64,000 bases of DNA. Source: an uncultured Candidatus Saccharibacteria bacterium. GTDB taxonomy: Bacteria; Patescibacteriota; Doudnabacteria; UBA920. The position numbers and the translations under genes were made by a program. Location: the NCBI GenBank assembly GCA_964505635.1, contig CAZDIP010000001.1, positions 40,174 through 104,173 on the forward strand. The letters run 5' to 3'. How positions within the stretch are numbered: the stretch's first letter is position 1; every line of letters starts with the position of its first letter. Below the pieces are notes generated by a model, which was given only the letters and a program-made list of their open reading frames with translations, had not been told where the DNA came from and made no database searches. Of the stretch, positions 58,810 through 64,000 are shown in pieces.

Positions 58810-59850
58810 GTGTTTCCTAATACAAAAAAAACTTTTTCTTATTTAAGGTGGGCTGTTTTTGCATTGACTTTATACTTTATATTTTATCTTTTATACCGGG
58901 TTTTTTCGGGTTCGTTAATTCTTTCCCAATTTTTTTCTTTAGGGTTTTTAAATATTCGATTTTACGGTATATTTATTGCCCTGGCAGCGGCAGCGGGTTT
59001 TTATCTGGCTTTAGCACGCGCGGAAAAATTTGGAATAGAAAAAAAACAGGCCGAAGATATTTTATTTTGGACGATTATCGCCGGATTTATCGGCGCGCGT
59101 ATCTACCACATATTTTCTTCGTGGCAATTTTATTTAAACCACCCCGCTGATATTTTAAAAGTATGGAACGGCGGCCTCTCTATTTACGGTGCTGTGTTTG
59201 GAGGCGTGCTTTCTTTGGTTTTGTGTCGCAAGCTCTTCACTTTTCACTTTCCGCTTTTCACTTTGTTTAATTGGCTGACCCCGTCTTTAATAGTTGGGCA
59301 AATTATCGGCCGCTTCGGTAATTTTTTTAACTACGAGCTTTTTGGTTATCCGACCACTCTGCCATGGGGTATGTTTGTTCCAAGGCATTTTAGGCCGGTT
59401 GGTTTTGCCGACCAGGTTTTTTTTCACCCTCTTTTTCTGTATGAACAATTAGGACTTGTAGTTATTTTATTTTTTATTTTTTACTTAGAAAAAAAAGCAA
59501 CCAGTGCAGGAACAAATACCCGGTCAGTGGCTTTGAGTCAGCCCGGGGCAAGCCCGGCAGATTTTTTTAAAGGTAATAATGAGGTATTTATAAAAACCGT
59601 GGATGTTTCTCAGAATATTAACATGCAGAACAATGCTCAAAAGTCCAGTTGGGCAAGCTTGTTTTTAAGCTATCTTTTATTGTATAATATATTGAGGTTT
59701 GGACTGGAGTTTTTGCGAATAGACACGGTTTATTTGGGAAATATCAGGCAGAACGCGCTAGTGAGTTTGGTTTTAGCCGTTGTTTCGTTGCTGCTAATTT
59801 ACTCAAGTTTAAGCGCCAAGCAAAGCTTTAGAGAAATAAATGGGCAATAG
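58810..59850 (+). CDS. lgt: Prolipoprotein diacylglyceryl transferase
   Basis: RFYG, GARIYH, GGLSIYG, GRFGNFFN.E..G, HPLFLYE, RFGLEFLR. Confidence 0.93.
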   Translation: MFPNTKKTFSYLRWAVFALTLYFIFYLLYRVFSGSLILSQFFSLGFLNIRFYGIFIALAAAAGFYLALARAEKFGIEKKQAEDILFWTIIAGFIGARIYHIFSSWQFYLNHPADILKVWNGGLSIYGAVFGGVLSLVLCRKLFTFHFPLFTLFNWLTPSLIVGQIIGRFGNFFNYELFGYPTTLPWGMFVPRHFRPVGFADQVFFHPLFLYEQLGLVVILFFIFYLEKKATSAGTNTRSVALSQPGASPADFFKGNNEVFIKTVDVSQNINMQNNAQKSSWASLFLSYLLLYNILRFGLEFLRIDTVYLGNIRQNALVSLVLAVVSLLLIYSSLSAKQSFREINGQ

Positions 59851-60601
59851 ACGCCACAATTTTATAAGTTTGGGAATAGGGGTTTTGTATTTGGCTGTTT
59901 TGCAAACTTTTTCAACACCGCAGCCGGCGTTTGGGCCGCTAATCATTGGCCTGCTTTTTTTTTCAGGACTACTGTATTCGTATAACCGTTGGTATTTAAG
60001 GCAAAACGAAAAGTGGAATTTATGGCTTGGGCTTCGCGCAATTTTACCTTTGTGGTCTGGATTTGGGATTTTTTTGCTTTTACCCACGCCCTTTTTACGA
60101 GCCGTGTTTTTGTTTTTAAGTATCGGTGTCATTTATCTCCATGAAGTTTTTATAGACAACACCTCGGAAAACGTAACAATTAATTTGTCCACATTGTCGT
60201 TATTTGGTTTTTTCCTGGGCATTTTTGGCCTTAAGCATTATTTTCCGCCAGTAAATTCTTCCTGGTTGTATGTAATTTATCTTTTTTTGATTTGTACAAT
60301 CAGCTATCTAACAAGCAGGATATTTTATGAGTTTACTCCTTTATCTACTGCCCGGAAAAACGCCGCCTCCATAATTATTGCCTTTTTTTCTTCCCAATTG
60401 TTCTGGGCTTTTAGTTTTTTACCCTTTCATTTTTCGGCTTTGGCCGCATTATTTTTTAACATCGTGCTATTGCTGCTCGTGCTTAATTACTATTTTTATT
60501 TCCAAAATTTAACCTACAAAAAATTTCAGTTTACTTTAATGTTAATTTTTATTACCAGCAGCGTGGTTTTGCTAGCCACGCCATGGAGAATTATTAAGTA
60601 A
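59840..60601 (+). CDS. Hypothetical multi-pass membrane protein
   Basis: About eight hydrophobic segments. Confidence 0.75.
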   Translation: MGNRRHNFISLGIGVLYLAVLQTFSTPQPAFGPLIIGLLFFSGLLYSYNRWYLRQNEKWNLWLGLRAILPLWSGFGIFLLLPTPFLRAVFLFLSIGVIYLHEVFIDNTSENVTINLSTLSLFGFFLGIFGLKHYFPPVNSSWLYVIYLFLICTISYLTSRIFYEFTPLSTARKNAASIIIAFFSSQLFWAFSFLPFHFSALAALFFNIVLLLLVLNYYFYFQNLTYKKFQFTLMLIFITSSVVLLATPWRIIK

Positions 60602-60602
60602 T

Positions 60603-61670
60603 ATGATAAAAAATCGAGACGTCAAACTGGTGCTTATTGCGTGCATTATGGCATTTTTCCTGAATTTATTTTTTGGCAGATACTTGACCGCCAAGTTTTC
60701 TACTTTGCCAATTTTAAATAGGTTTAAAATTATTAATCCTCAGACGCCGATAGTAATAAACACTCGCGAGGAGGTTCGTGTAAATGACAACTCCGATATA
60801 TTAAACGCCAATTCCCAGCTCAGGCAAAAAATTGGGGCGCTTTTTTTGGCCAAAGACAGCAATGCCGAATATTTGGGAACGGTTATTAACTTAACCGACA
60901 ACGGCTTGGTTGTGGGCATGCCGCTAAATTTGCCGACTCAAAAAAAGGACCAGGAGCAATTGTATGTCAAGTTTTATGACGGCAGCTTTGCCAAGGCAAA
61001 AATTATGTCACTTGATCCTTATACCCGTTTGAGTATACTTCAGACAGAGGCTAAAAATTTGCCCGTGGCACATTTTAGCGACTTAAAGCAGTTGCAGCTC
61101 GGGCAAAAGTTAGGGCTCATGTCGGCCGGGCTCAAAGACCAGTCGTCAGAATTTTATACTGTTGAAATTTCGTCTTTTCCAGACCAAAATTTAAGATCGG
61201 ATTATCCAAACTCTCCTTTTTTGTTTAGCACACACGAAAACGCGGCCGTGGGCGCGGTTCTTTTTAACAGCAATGCCGAAGTGGTAGGGCTGTGGGACGG
61301 TAAACAGGTTATTTCCTCAAAAAATTTAAAAACTCTTTTTCAAATTTACACCAAGGATAAAAAACTACAGCGTCCTTTTTTCGGATTTACTTATAAAGTT
61401 TTACAGCCCTGGGAAAAAACTTTGTTTGCTTTCAAAGATTCCGGAATTATAATTTTATCCATCCCGGACACGCAGAATCCGTCCCCCGCTGCAGTTTCCG
61501 GCCTCAAGTCGGGAGATATAATAACCTCAATTGAAGGCGTTTCGTTTTCTGACCCTTGGGCAACGGAAGAGTTTTTACAAAAACTCAGCCCGGGGCAGAA
61601 AGTTTCGTTGAGTGTTTTAAGGGGCGAGCAAAAATTGAACCTAACCTTAACCGCGGGGACTTTAAAATAA
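60603..61670 (+). CDS. HtrA-like protease-fold protein with PDZ domain (catalytic residues look degenerate)
   Basis: SPAAVSGLKSGDIITSIEG PDZ; no GNSGG motif visible. Confidence 0.75.
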   Translation: MIKNRDVKLVLIACIMAFFLNLFFGRYLTAKFSTLPILNRFKIINPQTPIVINTREEVRVNDNSDILNANSQLRQKIGALFLAKDSNAEYLGTVINLTDNGLVVGMPLNLPTQKKDQEQLYVKFYDGSFAKAKIMSLDPYTRLSILQTEAKNLPVAHFSDLKQLQLGQKLGLMSAGLKDQSSEFYTVEISSFPDQNLRSDYPNSPFLFSTHENAAVGAVLFNSNAEVVGLWDGKQVISSKNLKTLFQIYTKDKKLQRPFFGFTYKVLQPWEKTLFAFKDSGIIILSIPDTQNPSPAAVSGLKSGDIITSIEGVSFSDPWATEEFLQKLSPGQKVSLSVLRGEQKLNLTLTAGTLK

Positions 61671-61675
61671 GTTGA

Positions 61676-62698
61676 ATGAAAGAACCAGAAAACAAGAAAA
61701 TATTGGTAACAGGAGGAGCCGGTTTTATAGGCTCTAACTTCGTACATTATTGGGTTAATAAGTATCCTAACGACAAGGTAATAGTTTTAGACAAATTAAC
61801 TTATGCGGGCAACCTTTCTAATTTAGAAAGCATAAAAGACAAAGTCAGGTTCGTAAAAGGCGATATTTGCGACCCTAAAATTGTGGATGAAGTAATGAGT
61901 AATTCTGAAATAGTCGTGCACTTTGCCGCGGAAACTCATGTGGATAGGTCAATTGAGGGGCCGGATGAATTTATCCGAACCAATGTCCTGGGAACTCAAA
62001 ATTTATTGGCCTTTGCCCTAAAATACCAAGTAAAAAGGTTTCATCATGTTTCTACCGATGAAGTTTTTGGACAACTGCCCTTAGACAGCAAAGAAAAATG
62101 GACTGAAAGTACCCCTTATAATCCAAGAAGCCCTTATTCGGCCTCAAAAGCAAGTTCCGACCATCTTGTCCGGGCTTACTATCATACCTACGGTTTGCCA
62201 ATAAGCATCACTAACTGTGCAAATAACCTGGGTCCTTTTATGTATCCGGAAAAACTTTTGCCTTTGGCAATCACGAACTTGCTTGAAGGCAAAAAAATCC
62301 CAATTTATGGCAAGGGTAATCAGATAAGGGAATGGCTAAATGTGCGAGACCACTGCACTGCCATAGATTTAATTTTGCAAAAAGGCAAGGCGGGGGAAAC
62401 TTATTTTGTCAGTCCGGATAACCAGGAACTGACAAATTTAGAGGTAGTGAGAATGTTGCTAAAAGTTATGGGCAAAGGGGAAGAAAGTTTGGAGTTTGTA
62501 AAAGATCGCCCCGGACACGATCAAAAATATGCAAATGATCACGGCAAAATTACAGCCGAGCTTGGTTGGAAGCCGAAATACAGTTTAGAGCAGACATTAG
62601 AAGAGCTGGTGGATTGGTATAAGAATAATGTACAGTGGTGGAAAAGCATTAAGTCAGGCGAGTATTTAAAATATTATGAAAAACAGTACGGTAAATAA
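61676..62698 (+). CDS. rfbB: dTDP-glucose 4,6-dehydratase
   Basis: VTGGAGFIGSNF, HFAAETHVDRSI, STDEV, YSASK. Confidence 0.96.
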   Translation: MKEPENKKILVTGGAGFIGSNFVHYWVNKYPNDKVIVLDKLTYAGNLSNLESIKDKVRFVKGDICDPKIVDEVMSNSEIVVHFAAETHVDRSIEGPDEFIRTNVLGTQNLLAFALKYQVKRFHHVSTDEVFGQLPLDSKEKWTESTPYNPRSPYSASKASSDHLVRAYYHTYGLPISITNCANNLGPFMYPEKLLPLAITNLLEGKKIPIYGKGNQIREWLNVRDHCTAIDLILQKGKAGETYFVSPDNQELTNLEVVRMLLKVMGKGEESLEFVKDRPGHDQKYANDHGKITAELGWKPKYSLEQTLEELVDWYKNNVQWWKSIKSGEYLKYYEKQYGK

Positions 62699-62709
62699 AT
62701 TAAATTTTT

Positions 62710-63552
62710 ATGCAATCTGTACTAATTTTGGGTAACAAGGGCATGCTTGGAGGGGAATTCATGAGGCAGTTTGGCTTAGTGGCTTTGGGCTGGGACAGGG
62801 AGGAAGCCGATGTAACCGACATAGCTGGACTTAGATTAAAAATTTTAAATTTAAATCCCTTGCCCGAGGCCATAGTCAATTGCGTGGCTTATAATGACGT
62901 TGATGGGGCTGAATCAAAAAAAGATTTGGCTTTCTTGCTGAATGCCAAAGTGCCGCAGGATTTGTCCCAAATTAGCAACGAGCTTAATATACCTTTGGTG
63001 CATTTTTCCAGCAACTATGTGTTTGACGGAAAAAAAGAAAGTTACGAAGAGGCTGATTTACCAAATCCTCTTTCAACCTATGGCAGGTCTAAGTTTTCGG
63101 GCGAACAGGCCGTTGCAAGCACGGCCAAAAAATATTATTTAATAAGAACTTCGGTATTATTTGGCCCGAAGGCTCAAAGCGCAGGTAGCAAAAGAAGTTT
63201 TATTGAGCTTATGCAGGATGCCTCTTATAAGCAGGATTTTGTATCTGCTGTAGAAGATGAAGTAAACAGTTTAACCTATGTGGCGGATTTGGTGAAATCT
63301 GTTAGAATTTTACTTGAGACTTCAGCTGAATACGGTATTTATCACATAACTAATTCCGGTCGGGCCAGTTGGTATGATTTTGCAAAAGAAATTTTTAAAA
63401 TTACCAGGCCGGGTTTTCTGGTTAAGCCGGTTAAAGCTGACTTTTTTAAGCGCCCGGCGCAAAGGCCGCAAACCGCAGTCTTGGTGAGTAGAAAACTGCC
63501 GGCATTAAGACCTTGGCAGGAAGCTCTAAGAGAGTTTTTGATAAGCACCTGA
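62710..63552 (+). CDS. rfbD: dTDP-4-dehydrorhamnose reductase
   Basis: [26 protein letters not shown]. Confidence 0.92.
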   Translation: MQSVLILGNKGMLGGEFMRQFGLVALGWDREEADVTDIAGLRLKILNLNPLPEAIVNCVAYNDVDGAESKKDLAFLLNAKVPQDLSQISNELNIPLVHFSSNYVFDGKKESYEEADLPNPLSTYGRSKFSGEQAVASTAKKYYLIRTSVLFGPKAQSAGSKRSFIELMQDASYKQDFVSAVEDEVNSLTYVADLVKSVRILLETSAEYGIYHITNSGRASWYDFAKEIFKITRPGFLVKPVKADFFKRPAQRPQTAVLVSRKLPALRPWQEALREFLIST

Positions 63553-63608
63553 TAATTAGCAGTATTTTAGTTCTAATTATAGTAATTACTAATAATAATT
63601 TAAAAAAA

Positions 63609-64000
63609 ATGAAAGGCATTATACTTTCGGGGGGCAGCGGAACCAGGTTAAGCCCTTTAACTAAGGTTACCTCCAAGCAGCTTTTACCGGTTTACAACAA
63701 ACCGATGATTTTTTATCCGCTGGAAACTTTACTGAAGGCAGGCATAAGAGATATTTTAATAATTGTTGCGCCGGAAAGAGCGGGTGATTATTTAAGGCTT
63801 TTAGGCAGCGGCAGGGAATTTGGGGCAAAATTTACTTATGAAATTCAGGATAAGCCCGAAGGTCTTGCCCAGGCATTTATAATAGCCGAGAATTTTATAG
63901 ACGAAGACAATGTTTGTATGATTTTAGGCGACAATATTTTTGAAGACGACTTTTCTCAAACTATAAGTGATTTTAAGTCCGGGGCTTTAATTTTTGCTAA
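63609..64000 (+). CDS. rfbA: Glucose-1-phosphate thymidylyltransferase (truncated by window end)
   Basis: Manual translation [56 protein letters not shown]. Confidence 0.93.
   Translation, partial: MKGIILSGGSGTRLSPLTKVTSKQLLPVYNKPMIFYPLETLLKAGIRDILIIVAPERAGDYLRLLGSGREFGAKFTYEIQDKPEGLAQAFIIAENFIDEDNVCMILGDNIFEDDFSQTISDFKSGALIFA

Noticed and set aside
1-64000. CRISPR array or cas genes
   Set aside because: No regularly spaced direct repeats with unique spacers and no cas-like ORFs seen

Overview
AT-rich, tightly packed bacterial window whose gene set and style (few Shine-Dalgarno sites, archaeal-type ppcA, H+-PPase, rplJ/L, scpAB, aspS, hisS, mnmA, lexA, rfb genes) suggest a Patescibacteria/CPR genome (inference). 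It contains four tRNA genes and a serine-recombinase element integrated at tRNA-Gln carrying a Type IIG R-M enzyme and a Panacea-type TA pair. Next to tRNA-Glu lies an accessory region bracketed by a perfect 33-bp inverted repeat. The two strongest oddities are: (1) a stand-alone group II-like reverse transcriptase (47299-48609) behind a consensus sigma70 promoter and a ~290-nt highly structured leader with a short tandem repeat and a stop-free frame, a candidate new RT-ncRNA system; (2) a complete tRNA-Gly nested inside the T-loop of a second, different tRNA-Gly. Several palindromic or heptamer repeat families have inserted in frame into housekeeping genes (mnmA, dus, ybaK, aspS, lgt) and into tRNA sequences. 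All calls come from reading the sequence; no searches were run.
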